From contig OZ244625.1 of NCBI GenBank assembly GCA_965218555.1, positions 4,412,968-4,476,967 on the forward strand: a DNA stretch of 64,000 bases. The letters run 5' to 3'. Made by a program: the position numbers and the translations under genes. Origin of the DNA: Bryobacterales bacterium (GTDB lineage Bacteria; Acidobacteriota; Terriglobia; Bryobacterales; UBA6623). Positions 1 through 8,682 of this stretch are shown here, in pieces. The number at the start of each line of letters is the position of its first letter. Within the stretch, counting starts at the first letter, position 1. The notes beneath the pieces were generated by a model. The model saw only the letters and a program-made list of their open reading frames with translations, did no database searches and was not told the DNA's origin.

Positions 1-964
1 AGTTTGCCGGCCGGCCGGCGGACGGCAGATCGTCAACCTGCAGCGAGACCGGATTCGCCGGAACGACGATGGTTTCGAGAGTATCGCGACGTCTCATCCC
101 GAACGGGTCTCCGAAGAAGTCGTCAAACAGGCTGCGCCTCCGGCCCCTGCGGAAGTTTCTTGCCTGACAGGACACGGTCGCCTGTGGGAATACGATGCGG
201 CCCGCCTGCTTCGGAATGAGCACTTTCTGGAAACGCAAGGTGGTGAAGGTGCGTTCGTCGAGGTCGCCTTGACCTCTTTTGGCGATGGCTTGATCGTCGC
301 CTAGGGCGATGCGAATGAAATCGCCTTGCCGGTTCGGGTCGATCGCCGGATCGAGCGAAGCGATGTGGAAGCGGTCGTCGGCCAATACGGGCACGTTGAA
401 CGCGAACTCGCTGACGTCTTTGCCGACGTACCACGTGACCGTCATCGTGACGTGCTGGCCGACATAGGCTTTGCTATCCGACAGGCTGACGCGGAGCTTG
501 AAGTCCTCGGTTTCGCTCGGTGTGCGAGCCTGGATCGTCAGGGGTTGCGTGCGCAGTTCCGTGCCTTCGGCTTTGACGGTAATCGCCGGGATGGTGAGAG
601 AGCCGGCGCGCTTCGGCGTAAGGCGATACGAAAAGACGTAGCCCTTGCTGGAGACGCGGTTCATGCGGCCGTTGATGATGGTGACGGACTGACTGCTGTT
701 TTGTTGGCCGCCAAGCTCCAGGACATTGAAATCGGAGAGACCGGTAAGCGAGGGTTTCTCTGGGGTCTCGCTTCCCTTGATTTGGATTTGCAGCACGAAC
801 GATTCGCCGACGAAGACCTGCAGTTTTTCGACCACGGCCTCGGCGCGGAGCGCCTGTGCGGGAGATGGATCAGGTAATAGCGCGAGGTACAGCACGGCCA
901 CGAGACCAACAAGCAAGGTGCTCGGGCGGATGTGCATGGCTCGACTACCTGTGCTGCTGCTCAT
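1..964 (-). CDS. batD: BatD-like oxygen-tolerance protein, partial (C-terminus beyond left edge)
   Basis: Not in the ORF track because it is open to the window edge. My translation of the minus strand from ATG 964 (in-frame alternative ATG 937) gives MSSSTGSRAMHIRPSTLLVGLVAVLYLALLPDPSPAQA (signal peptide) ... VSSKGYVFSYRLTPKRAGSLTIPAITVKAEGTELRTQPLTIQ ..., with no stop down to position 1. It starts 3 nt after the TPR gene stop (967-969), the usual BatD position in Bat/MoxR operons. Confidence 0.75.
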   Translation of the reverse strand, partial: MSSSTGSRAMHIRPSTLLVGLVAVLYLALLPDPSPAQALRAEAVVEKLQVFVGESFVLQIQIKGSETPEKPSLTGLSDFNVLELGGQQNSSQSVTIINGRMNRVSSKGYVFSYRLTPKRAGSLTIPAITVKAEGTELRTQPLTIQARTPSETEDFKLRVSLSDSKAYVGQHVTMTVTWYVGKDVSEFAFNVPVLADDRFHIASLDPAIDPNRQGDFIRIALGDDQAIAKRGQGDLDERTFTTLRFQKVLIPKQAGRIVFPQATVSCQARNFRRGRRRSLFDDFFGDPFGMRRRDTLETIVVPANPVSLQVDDLPSAGRPAN

Positions 965-966
965 CG

Positions 967-2106
967 CTACCAATCTTTTTCGGCTGGGCGAATGCGGACC
1001 ATGGCGCGTTGTGCGCGCTGCTGTTTGTTCGCGCGCTCTTCACTGAGAATGTCCTCGGAGTCTTTGAGCGCCTGCTCGCGCTGCCGTAGATCTTCGGGGG
1101 ACGGTTGCTGTCGAGATTGCTGTTGCTCTTCATTGTCCTCTTGCGCTGAACCAGACATGGACTGTAGCGCCTTATCGAGCTCCTCACGCGCCTCTTCCTG
1201 CGACTGCTGTGCGCCGGCGATCTGCTGGCCGTGTAACTGCTCCTCGGCCTCTTCCTGCTTGGCGGCGGCATTTTCGAGGTGTTGCTGAGCCTGCTCGGCG
1301 GACTGCTGCTGCTCGGCTGGTTGCGATTGAGAGTCCATCCGATCGGCGAGCTGCTGGGTCTGCTCGTTGAGCTTCTGCTGCTGTTCGGCGAGGGCCTGTG
1401 ATTGTTGCCGGACTTGTTGTGAGTTGCCTTGCGACTGTTGCTGATCGGCCAGGTCTTTGCTCTGTTCGGCGGCCTGTTGCTGTCGCTGGATGAGGTCTGC
1501 GAGTTGCTCTTGTGGGTCCTGCTGCTCCGATTTGTCGTCTTGCTGTTGCTGGCCGGGTTGCCGGGGCTGATTCTGCATCTGCTCGATCATGGCTCTCATC
1601 ACACGGCGGGCGACCTCGACGTTGTGACGGGCGTCGTTAAGAGTCGGGTCGAGCTTCAGCGTGTCTTGATACAGACGAACGCCTTTTTCGATGGAAGAGA
1701 GGGCTTGGCGGGGATCTTGCTGTTGGCGATTGACGCCCTCGCGGAAGGACGCGTTGCCTTGATTGAATTTGCTGCGGGCCTCCAGAAACGGGTCTTGGCT
1801 GCGCAGCGCAGCCTGTTCATAGGCATCGATCGCCTTCTCGAATTCGCCCTGCTGGTAGAGAGCATCGCCCTTGTTGAACCAGATACGGGGCGAATCCGGA
1901 TCCACCTCGGCGGCTTGCTCATAGGCTTCGAGGGCGTCTTGGTAGTTTTCTTGCCGGTAGGCTTCGTTGCCCTGTTGTACGAACTGCCGTGCGGATTGGG
2001 CATGAGCAAGGAAACTGCCCGCTACAAGAAGCAGAGCAAGGGCGCACAGTCGCTTCGGGGTCGTCCGGAGACGGGTCTCTTGAGTCTGGCGGTGACTTGA
2101 CCTCAT
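967..2106 (-). CDS. TPR-repeat protein (BatC/BatE-like) with Gln/Glu-rich C-terminal half
   Basis: 379-aa ORF with a signal-like N-terminus (LCALALLLVAGSFLAHAQ). TPR-like repeats are present (AYRQENYQDALEAYEQA, GDALYQQGEFEKAIDAYEQA). It sits between batB and batD. Confidence 0.7.
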   Translation of the reverse strand: MRSSHRQTQETRLRTTPKRLCALALLLVAGSFLAHAQSARQFVQQGNEAYRQENYQDALEAYEQAAEVDPDSPRIWFNKGDALYQQGEFEKAIDAYEQAALRSQDPFLEARSKFNQGNASFREGVNRQQQDPRQALSSIEKGVRLYQDTLKLDPTLNDARHNVEVARRVMRAMIEQMQNQPRQPGQQQQDDKSEQQDPQEQLADLIQRQQQAAEQSKDLADQQQSQGNSQQVRQQSQALAEQQQKLNEQTQQLADRMDSQSQPAEQQQSAEQAQQHLENAAAKQEEAEEQLHGQQIAGAQQSQEEAREELDKALQSMSGSAQEDNEEQQQSRQQPSPEDLRQREQALKDSEDILSEERANKQQRAQRAMVRIRPAEKDW

Positions 2107-2109
2107 GGT

Positions 2110-3141
2110 TCAGTTGCTTCGCCCGGGTAGCCGACGGCGGTCATGCAGCATCGTTTCGACGCAGAAAAGAAGAAAAGCCATCGTGAGTGGGATTTGAAAC
2201 TTTTCCTCGTAGCGCTCGATGGTCGTCGAGCCGAGGTCGGTCTTCTCTGCTCCCGCTATCAATTTGACGTAAACATCCCCGAAATCGATGGCCCCGGTTG
2301 CGACATTCAGGTAGCGGCCGCCGGGGGTGGCGTTGACCATTTGACGCAGCGTATTGGCGTCGAGTCGGCTCCAGACTTCCCGGCCGTTGTATTTGATGTA
2401 CGCGCGCCGTCCTTGGCGATTGGTGATGGGAATGCGGCGGCCTTCATTCTCGTCACCCAAACCGATCGCGATGAGCCGTACGCCTCGCTTGCCGAGTTCC
2501 TGCGCCGCCTCGACGGGGAAGCTTTCGTGGTCTTCGCCGTCGGTGATCAGGATGAGGTCCTTGTATTTCTTCTCCTGGTCGTTGAAGACGTCAGCCATCG
2601 CCTTGCGGAGCGCGTCTCCGATGAGCGTGCCGCCGCGAGTGACGCTGTTCGGAGAGATGTCCTCGAGCGTCATGCGGAAGAAGCCGTAGTCGAGCGTGAG
2701 CGGACACTTGACGACCGCTGTCCCAGCAAATGCGATGAGAGCGACACGGTCGCCCTGGAGGCGTTGGATGCCGTCGAGGATGGCAAGCTTCGCGCGCTCG
2801 AGGCGGTTCGGGACGAGATCTTCGGCGAGCATGCTCTTCGACACGTCGAGCAGAAAGACGATGTCTCGTCCTTGTCTTTGGATTTCGGTTTCGACGGGGT
2901 TCCAAGCCGGTCTCGCCAAGGCCAGGACGACGAGAGCGAAGCCCGTCAACACGAGAACCGCCTTCCAGCGGCGGCGTCCGACACTGACCGCCGGGTTGAT
3001 GTGGGAAAGCAGGCTCGCATCGGCGAAGCGCTCCAGCGCGGCGCGTCTGCGTCGGGACGCATAGAAGTACACTGCAATGAGCAACGGGATCGCCCAGAGC
3101 AGATAGAGCATGTCAACCGCCAGCAGCCGCGTTTCGCTCAT
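2110..3141 (-). CDS. batB: VWA-domain membrane protein BatB
   Basis: 343-aa ORF with N-terminal TM helices. VWA/MIDAS-like DVSKSM motif (IVFLLDVSKSMLAEDLVPNRLERAK) and LITDGEDHE. A 4-nt overlap with batA (3138-3141). Confidence 0.8.
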   Translation of the reverse strand: MSETRLLAVDMLYLLWAIPLLIAVYFYASRRRRAALERFADASLLSHINPAVSVGRRRWKAVLVLTGFALVVLALARPAWNPVETEIQRQGRDIVFLLDVSKSMLAEDLVPNRLERAKLAILDGIQRLQGDRVALIAFAGTAVVKCPLTLDYGFFRMTLEDISPNSVTRGGTLIGDALRKAMADVFNDQEKKYKDLILITDGEDHESFPVEAAQELGKRGVRLIAIGLGDENEGRRIPITNRQGRRAYIKYNGREVWSRLDANTLRQMVNATPGGRYLNVATGAIDFGDVYVKLIAGAEKTDLGSTTIERYEEKFQIPLTMAFLLFCVETMLHDRRRLPGRSN

Positions 3142-4193
3142 GGAATCCTCCGGAACACGGTACTGCTCAGGATGATTTCGAAAACGAGAAACCCGAGTCC
3201 GGCCAGAAGGAACGGCGGGAAGAACTCGCGATAGTCGACGAAGCGCATGGATTCGATTTCGCTCTTCTCTAACTCATCGATCTCTTCGTAGACGGCCCTG
3301 AGCGTCTCGGCGTCGGCGGCGGCTCGATAGAGGCCGCCGGTGGTTTCGGCAAGTGTCTTGAGGGCTTCCTCGTCGACACCGCGGCCGAAGGGCACCGAGA
3401 AGTTTCCCAAGGGTGTTCGGATGGTCGATGAGCCGGAGCCGCCGACGCCGATGGCGTAGATTTTGATGTCCCACGCAGCGGCGATATCCGCTGCTTCCTG
3501 AACGGTCCTCTCACCCGCATTGTTCTCACCGTCAGTGAGCAGAATGATGACCTTGCTCTTGATCTCGTAGTCGTTCTGTTCGCCGATTTGACGCGCCAGC
3601 GTTTCCTCAGCGGTTTGCAGTCGGGCGGCGGCGAGTGCGACGGCATCGCCGATCGCCGTGCCGTCTTCGCTTTCCTGATCGACTAGCTTGACCGTTGGGA
3701 GGAAGGCGGAAAGTGCGCCGTGGGCCAGGGTGAGCGGGCAGATCGTGTCGGCGTAACGCGCGAAAGTGATCATCCCGATGAGGTCGGCCGGTCGGCCGGA
3801 AAGGTTGGCGCCGTCCCCCTTCACAAACTCTTCGAAGATCTGATTCGCGATGTCGAGACGGGTCTGTCTCCTGCCGCGAAAGCGCAGTTCGGCCGACATG
3901 CTGCTCGAACGGTCGATTACCATTTCTATGGCGATGCCCCGGCTGACATCGTGAACCTTCTCGGTGCCTATCTGAGGCCGCGCGAGCGCCAGGGCCAGCA
4001 GCAGCATTACCACGACGCGCAAGACGACCGGCAGCCCCATCAGTCTTTGTCGGAGGGATACTCCGGCCTCGCGGACAAGCAGTATCGAAGAAAAGCGCAG
4101 GGATGCTCGGGAACCCCGCCGGAACACAACGAAGAGCGCCAGGGCAGGGAGGATCAGAAGCAAGAGCATCCAGGGGGATTCAAAGTGCAGCAT
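3138..4193 (-). CDS. batA: VWA-domain membrane protein BatA
   Basis: 351-aa ORF. N-terminal FESPWMLLLLILPALAL, typical of BatA. VWA motifs DRSSSM and LLTDGENNAG. C-terminal TM helix. Confidence 0.8.
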   Translation of the reverse strand: MLHFESPWMLLLLILPALALFVVFRRGSRASLRFSSILLVREAGVSLRQRLMGLPVVLRVVVMLLLALALARPQIGTEKVHDVSRGIAIEMVIDRSSSMSAELRFRGRRQTRLDIANQIFEEFVKGDGANLSGRPADLIGMITFARYADTICPLTLAHGALSAFLPTVKLVDQESEDGTAIGDAVALAAARLQTAEETLARQIGEQNDYEIKSKVIILLTDGENNAGERTVQEAADIAAAWDIKIYAIGVGGSGSSTIRTPLGNFSVPFGRGVDEEALKTLAETTGGLYRAAADAETLRAVYEEIDELEKSEIESMRFVDYREFFPPFLLAGLGFLVFEIILSSTVFRRIP

Positions 4194-4499
4194 TTCGGTC
4201 CGACTGGAAGGCAGGTTACTGACCGGAGCTTTCTCTCATTTTAGCGATTGGGACGAAGCGGACGGAGTTGTCGACGTACGACGGGCCGTTACAGGGCGGG
4301 CCGGTCGATCCAGGCGGGGCGGTGGTTCGGTTGTCGCACGAAGCCAGGAAGTCGCTTTCCGGAGGGCCATCATCCGTCAAGCGCCGGCAAAGGGTTGTGT
4401 GACATCTGCCGCAGGGTGTGTCCCCCTCGCAAGAACCGGTGCTGTTTCGCTGATCAGTGCCCGTGGTCCGAGCAGATGGAGACTACGGGGTGGTCGCAC

Positions 4500-5540
4500 T
4501 TAGCTGTTTTGCGGGGAGGTTGCCGCAGGTTCTGACACGGCAGGTTCCGGCAGAAGCTTGGTTTCGTCGATAAAGCTGCGACAGGTTTCCACGGCTTGGT
4601 CGCTCTCGGTCTGTGTGGGAGCATGCTTGGCGAATTTGACCAGGTCGCAATGCTCGAGAAAGAGCCGGAGCAAAGATTTCTGTTCCGAGCTGAAGTCGTC
4701 GCCGGCGCGTAGGTCGATCAGGAATTCCTCAGTCGTACGCTCGGGAGCTTGGAGGCCGAAGCGGTCTTCGATGTAGTGGCGGAGGATGTTGGAAAGCCTC
4801 AGGTAGAAGGTCTTGACCTTACCCTTGGCGAGGAGGTCATCGCGGAGCAGTTGTTCGAGTGCTTCGTAGGCGCGCTCGTGAGGCGGAATGGGTGGGGAGG
4901 CTTCCTCCTTGCTTCTACGGCGGCGTTTCCAGAAGTATAAGATGACGGCTGCCAATGCGAGCACGGCCAGGGCGATCGCAACGTACACCCATGGCGGAGT
5001 TCCCGGAAGTTCGAAAGGAGGCGCGATTTCCTTGATATCGGGGTCGGCTTCCGACTCGGGCAGGACCGACACAACCTTGATGGTGATTTCCTCGGTTTCC
5101 AACGCTTCTCGCTCGTCGCCTTCACCCGAGCCATGCTCGATCTTGAGCGGCGGAATGGCATAGTTGCCGGGGAGGAATGGCTCCAACTGAATAGACTGCG
5201 TGACAAGGACACGTCCCTCGTCGACGAGTCGGGGAGCGGAGCGTCGTGAGTCGACGATCTGGAACTCGCCGAGCTTCTCTTCGAATTCGGGGAAGTCGAT
5301 CTCTTCATTTTCGGGCGAGATGGCTTCGAGCTCGACGACGACTGGGTCGGAGGCGGTGACTTCATTCGCGCTCACGCGCAGGGTCAACTCGACGCTATCC
5401 GAGTTGTATTGTTTTTCAATGGCGAAGGTCGGAGAGGACTCGGCGAGCTCATCCGCGGTGCAGGAGGTCAGCAATGCCGTTGCTGCCGTGAAGGCCATGC
5501 ACGGCAGCAACGTGCCCGTAAGTATCACAAGAGCCTTCAT
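4500..5540 (-). CDS. Lipoprotein/TM protein with DUF4381-like C-terminal domain (Bat-operon accessory)
   Basis: 346-aa ORF. Lipobox-like LLTSC, a central TM helix (WVYVAIALAVLALAAVILYFW KRRRR), then FYLRLSNILRHYIEDRFGLQAPERTTEEF...CDLVKFAKH, which I recall as the DUF4381 pattern found between DUF58 and batA genes. Confidence 0.6.
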   Translation of the reverse strand: MKALVILTGTLLPCMAFTAATALLTSCTADELAESSPTFAIEKQYNSDSVELTLRVSANEVTASDPVVVELEAISPENEEIDFPEFEEKLGEFQIVDSRRSAPRLVDEGRVLVTQSIQLEPFLPGNYAIPPLKIEHGSGEGDEREALETEEITIKVVSVLPESEADPDIKEIAPPFELPGTPPWVYVAIALAVLALAAVILYFWKRRRRSKEEASPPIPPHERAYEALEQLLRDDLLAKGKVKTFYLRLSNILRHYIEDRFGLQAPERTTEEFLIDLRAGDDFSSEQKSLLRLFLEHCDLVKFAKHAPTQTESDQAVETCRSFIDETKLLPEPAVSEPAATSPQNS

Positions 5541-6412
5541 ATCCGTCTCTCGCGTACACGGAAGAATTTGACGAGATCGCGGACATAGTCTTCGCCTGTG
5601 ACGACGGGGATCTGATCGATGCTCATCGAGCGTAGCGACGCGGCGAGATTCTCCGAGCGCGCACGCGTGAGCGCCTCATAGCGCCGGCGTATGGCCGCGT
5701 TGCTGCTATCGATGACGACGCTCTCACCGGTCTCGGCGTCTTCGAGCTCAATCAAGCCGGCTGCTGGGAGCGCGGCTTCGCGCGGGTCCGTGAGAGAGAC
5801 GGCGATGAGGTCGTGGCGTCGGGCGGCGATGCGTAGCCGCTTCTCGTAGCCGGAGGCCTGAAAGTCTGAGACCAGAAAAACGACGGTGCGCCGGTGCGTG
5901 ACACGGCCAAGGAAGTCCAGCGCTTGCGTGATGTCGGTCCGGGAACGGCGCGGCTGGACGTTGAGCAGATCGCGAATCACGCGCAGCACGTGTGAGACAC
6001 CTTTCTTGGGCGGGATATACAGCTCGACTTGGTCGGTGAAAACGATCAGGCCGACCTTGTCGTTGTTCTTGATCGCCGAGAATGCGAGCAACGCGCACAA
6101 CTCGGCGGCCACTTCGTTCTTGAGCTTTTCCTTGGCGCCGAAACTGCCTGAAGCAGACAGATCGACTACGAACAACACCGTCAGCTCGCGCTCTTCGACA
6201 AAGCGTTTGACGTAGGGGTGACCCGTTCGCGCCGTGACGTTCCAGTCAATCGTGCGAATGTCGTCACCGGGAGCGTATTCGCGGATCTCGTCGAACTCCA
6301 TGCCGCGGCCTTTGAACACGCTGTGATACTCACCCGCGAGAACGTCGTTGACGGCCTTGCTGGTGTGGATCTGGATGAGCCGGATCTTCTTGGCGAGTTC
6401 CTTGGGAATCAT
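5537..6412 (-). CDS. DUF58-domain protein (MoxR-associated)
   Basis: The track ORF is 5537..6739, but its first 109 aa are Arg-rich junk overlapping the moxR coding region. I trimmed it to ATG 6412 (MIPKELAKKIRLIQIHTSKAV...). DUF58 hallmark GEYHSVFKGRGMEFDEIREYAPGDDIRTIDWNVTAR. Confidence 0.85.
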   Translation of the reverse strand: MIPKELAKKIRLIQIHTSKAVNDVLAGEYHSVFKGRGMEFDEIREYAPGDDIRTIDWNVTARTGHPYVKRFVEERELTVLFVVDLSASGSFGAKEKLKNEVAAELCALLAFSAIKNNDKVGLIVFTDQVELYIPPKKGVSHVLRVIRDLLNVQPRRSRTDITQALDFLGRVTHRRTVVFLVSDFQASGYEKRLRIAARRHDLIAVSLTDPREAALPAAGLIELEDAETGESVVIDSSNAAIRRRYEALTRARSENLAASLRSMSIDQIPVVTGEDYVRDLVKFFRVRERRI

Positions 6413-6471
6413 GGCGGCGGTGAAGAGCTTGGAACGGACGACCGCGCCGGCCGACACGGCGCGGCGAGTTG

Positions 6472-7461
6472 CTACGGGACTTCCACGCTGTCGAAGATCT
6501 GCTGCACCACGTCTTCCGAAGTCTTTTCTTCGGCTTCCGCTTCGTAGCTGACGATGACTCGATGTCGTAGAACGTCCATACCGACGGATTTCACGTCCTG
6601 CGGCGTGACATACCCACGGCCTTCGATCAACGCCTGGGTCTTGGCGGCCATAGCGAGGAAGATCGTTGCGCGAGGCGACCCGCCGTAGCGGATCAGATCG
6701 CTCATGTCGAGCCCGTACCGCTCCGGGTCGCGCGTGCACTCGACGACGTTGAGGATGTACTCCTCGATCTTCTCGTCCATGTAGATCTCGTCTGCCAATC
6801 CGCGCAACCGGATGACGTCAGCCGGTTCCAGGATCGGCTCGACATCGAGCCGCGGCGAGGATCGCGCCATCCGCTTGAGGATCTGGTGCTCTTCGGCTTT
6901 CGTGGGGTAAGAGACCCTGAGCTTCAGCATGAAGCGATCGACCTGCGCCTCGGGCAGAGGGTACGTGCCTTCCTGCTCGATGGGGTTCTGTGTGGCGAGC
7001 ACCATGAAGGGCTCTTCGAGTCGGTAGCTTTCGTCGCCGATGGTGACTTGCCGCTCTTGCATCGCTTCAAGCAGCGCACTTTGGACCTTGGCGGGTGCGC
7101 GGTTGATCTCGTCCGCCAGGATGATGTTCGCGAAGATCGGCCCTTTCTTCGTCGTGAAGCCGCCGGTCTTGGGGTTGTAGATGAGCGTCCCGATCAGGTC
7201 GGCGGGAAGCAAATCAGGTGTGAACTGGATGCGCTGAAAGGCCGCCCGCACAGACTTGGCGAGCGTCGTCACCGAGAGGGTCTTGGCGAGCCCGGGTACT
7301 CCTTCGATCAGGACGTGGTTGTTGGCCAGCAGTGCTAGCAACAGGCGGTCGACCAAATAGGATTGGCCGACAATGACACGCCCGATCTCTTCGCGAACCC
7401 GCGCCAGCAGCACGCCCTCGCGTTGTACCTTTCCGGCAATTTGTTTGACGTCTACTGCCAT
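6472..7461 (-). CDS. moxR: MoxR-family AAA+ ATPase
   Basis: 329-aa ORF. Walker A GVPGLAKT, Walker B ILADEINRAPAKVQSALLEAMQE, and a C-terminal YGGSPRA motif typical of MoxR. Confidence 0.9.
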   Translation of the reverse strand: MAVDVKQIAGKVQREGVLLARVREEIGRVIVGQSYLVDRLLLALLANNHVLIEGVPGLAKTLSVTTLAKSVRAAFQRIQFTPDLLPADLIGTLIYNPKTGGFTTKKGPIFANIILADEINRAPAKVQSALLEAMQERQVTIGDESYRLEEPFMVLATQNPIEQEGTYPLPEAQVDRFMLKLRVSYPTKAEEHQILKRMARSSPRLDVEPILEPADVIRLRGLADEIYMDEKIEEYILNVVECTRDPERYGLDMSDLIRYGGSPRATIFLAMAAKTQALIEGRGYVTPQDVKSVGMDVLRHRVIVSYEAEAEEKTSEDVVQQIFDSVEVP

Positions 7462-7861
7462 GCGGATTGCTGCTCCTTCGATGAATATTTAGTCTAATGT
7501 TTTGTGATTTCCGCGAGCGTATCATGCCGTTGCCTGTCGCTGGGCAATACCGCAGGATTGGCCGGCTTCATCGCTACGTACCCAAGCATGTCCCTTGGGC
7601 AGCAGGCAAGGCCGAAACCGGCGGCAAGGCAAATGATGACCAACGCCGCGGTCGCCCGGATCGCCGCGGAAAGCCTGATGCGCGCCCGGCTTTCAAGCGA
7701 CGAAGCCCGTCTGCAACAGATCGCGGTCTTGCCGGAGGTCGAATAGACAAGACCACGGGCTCTTGAGAATCAATGGACGCCCTCTTCCAACGATGCGTCG
7801 GGGTTCGTCCCGCACCGACCTTCCGGGAATTTTGGCTGTCCCTCGGCCGCATGCTCGGGGA

Positions 7862-8290
7862 TCAGGTCGCCTGGTCCTGTTCCCGATAGAGCCAACCGCC
7901 CGCGAGCCCGGCCACGATCATTTCTGCCAAGCCCCAAAGGATCACGGTGATCAACGCGTCGAGCGGCCACAGATCCATCGCCATCTGGCCGATGGTCGGC
8001 AGCGCGTAGGCAAGAAACCACACGGTCGCTCCGGCGCACATTGCCGTCTTCGAGCCGGCGCCGTAGCGCGGACGGACCGCCGCGTAGAGCCAGACCAACG
8101 CTATGCCGGTCATAAACCCCATGACGTTAAACATCGCGATCTGGCCGCCGCTGAACTCACCTGTCTTGCCGAGGGCCTGCATGGCGGTCGCCCAAGTGTC
8201 TTTCAGCACCCCTTCATGCAGGGCTCCTTGTGACATATTGATGATCAGTCCGGCAACAAGGCCGCCGAGGATGATTCTTTTCCAGTTCAT
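7862..8290 (-). CDS. Small integral membrane protein, unknown function
   Basis: 142-aa ORF with about four hydrophobic helices. No recognisable family. Confidence 0.5.
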   Translation of the reverse strand: MNWKRIILGGLVAGLIINMSQGALHEGVLKDTWATAMQALGKTGEFSGGQIAMFNVMGFMTGIALVWLYAAVRPRYGAGSKTAMCAGATVWFLAYALPTIGQMAMDLWPLDALITVILWGLAEMIVAGLAGGWLYREQDQAT

Positions 8291-8682
8291 GCTTTCTCCT
8301 GCGCTCTTGGCCTCTCGATTCTACCACTGCGGTGACATGAACATGGGGCGTACGTTCCGTGGATTCTCGTAACGGTTCCATGGGTGCGACTCCTGTGGTG
8401 AGGGCTGAGAGGCTTTCTTTCACGGGCTCATCCAGGCCGCTGAAGATTTCCCCGCTGGAGACCAATCTGTCCGTTCAGGCAACATGGCTTTCCTTCCTTT
8501 TTCCCCCATCCCCGAGATAAGGACCAAGGGGGGCCGACGCATTCCTGGCTGTAGTCATCAATGAAGTTCGAGATGAGCCGGCGCTGTCTCGTTGCTAACG
8601 GCTCCGAAAGCAAGTCCGGCGGCCCTCGCCGTTTCGGTTGCCCGGCATCGTTAGGACAGCCCGGTGGAACGCCGGACGGCGT

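Noticed and set aside
5537-6739. Long N-terminal extensions offered by the ORF track (DUF58 400 aa, channel 512 aa at 22771..24309, mlaF 321 aa, rpe 251 aa, TVP38 449 aa, deacetylase 413 aa)
   Set aside because: The extensions overlap upstream genes or consist of Arg/Pro-rich junk. In each case an internal ATG coincides with the start of recognisable homology or a signal peptide, often with ATGA coupling or an RBS.
7504-7746. 80-aa plus-strand ORF in the moxR upstream region (inner part MSLGQQARPKPAARQMMTNAAVARIAAESLMRARLSSDEARLQQIAVLPEVE)
   Set aside because: It has no recognisable family, no clear RBS, and a composition compatible with chance ORFs in GC-rich DNA. I left it unannotated, although a small protein cannot be excluded.
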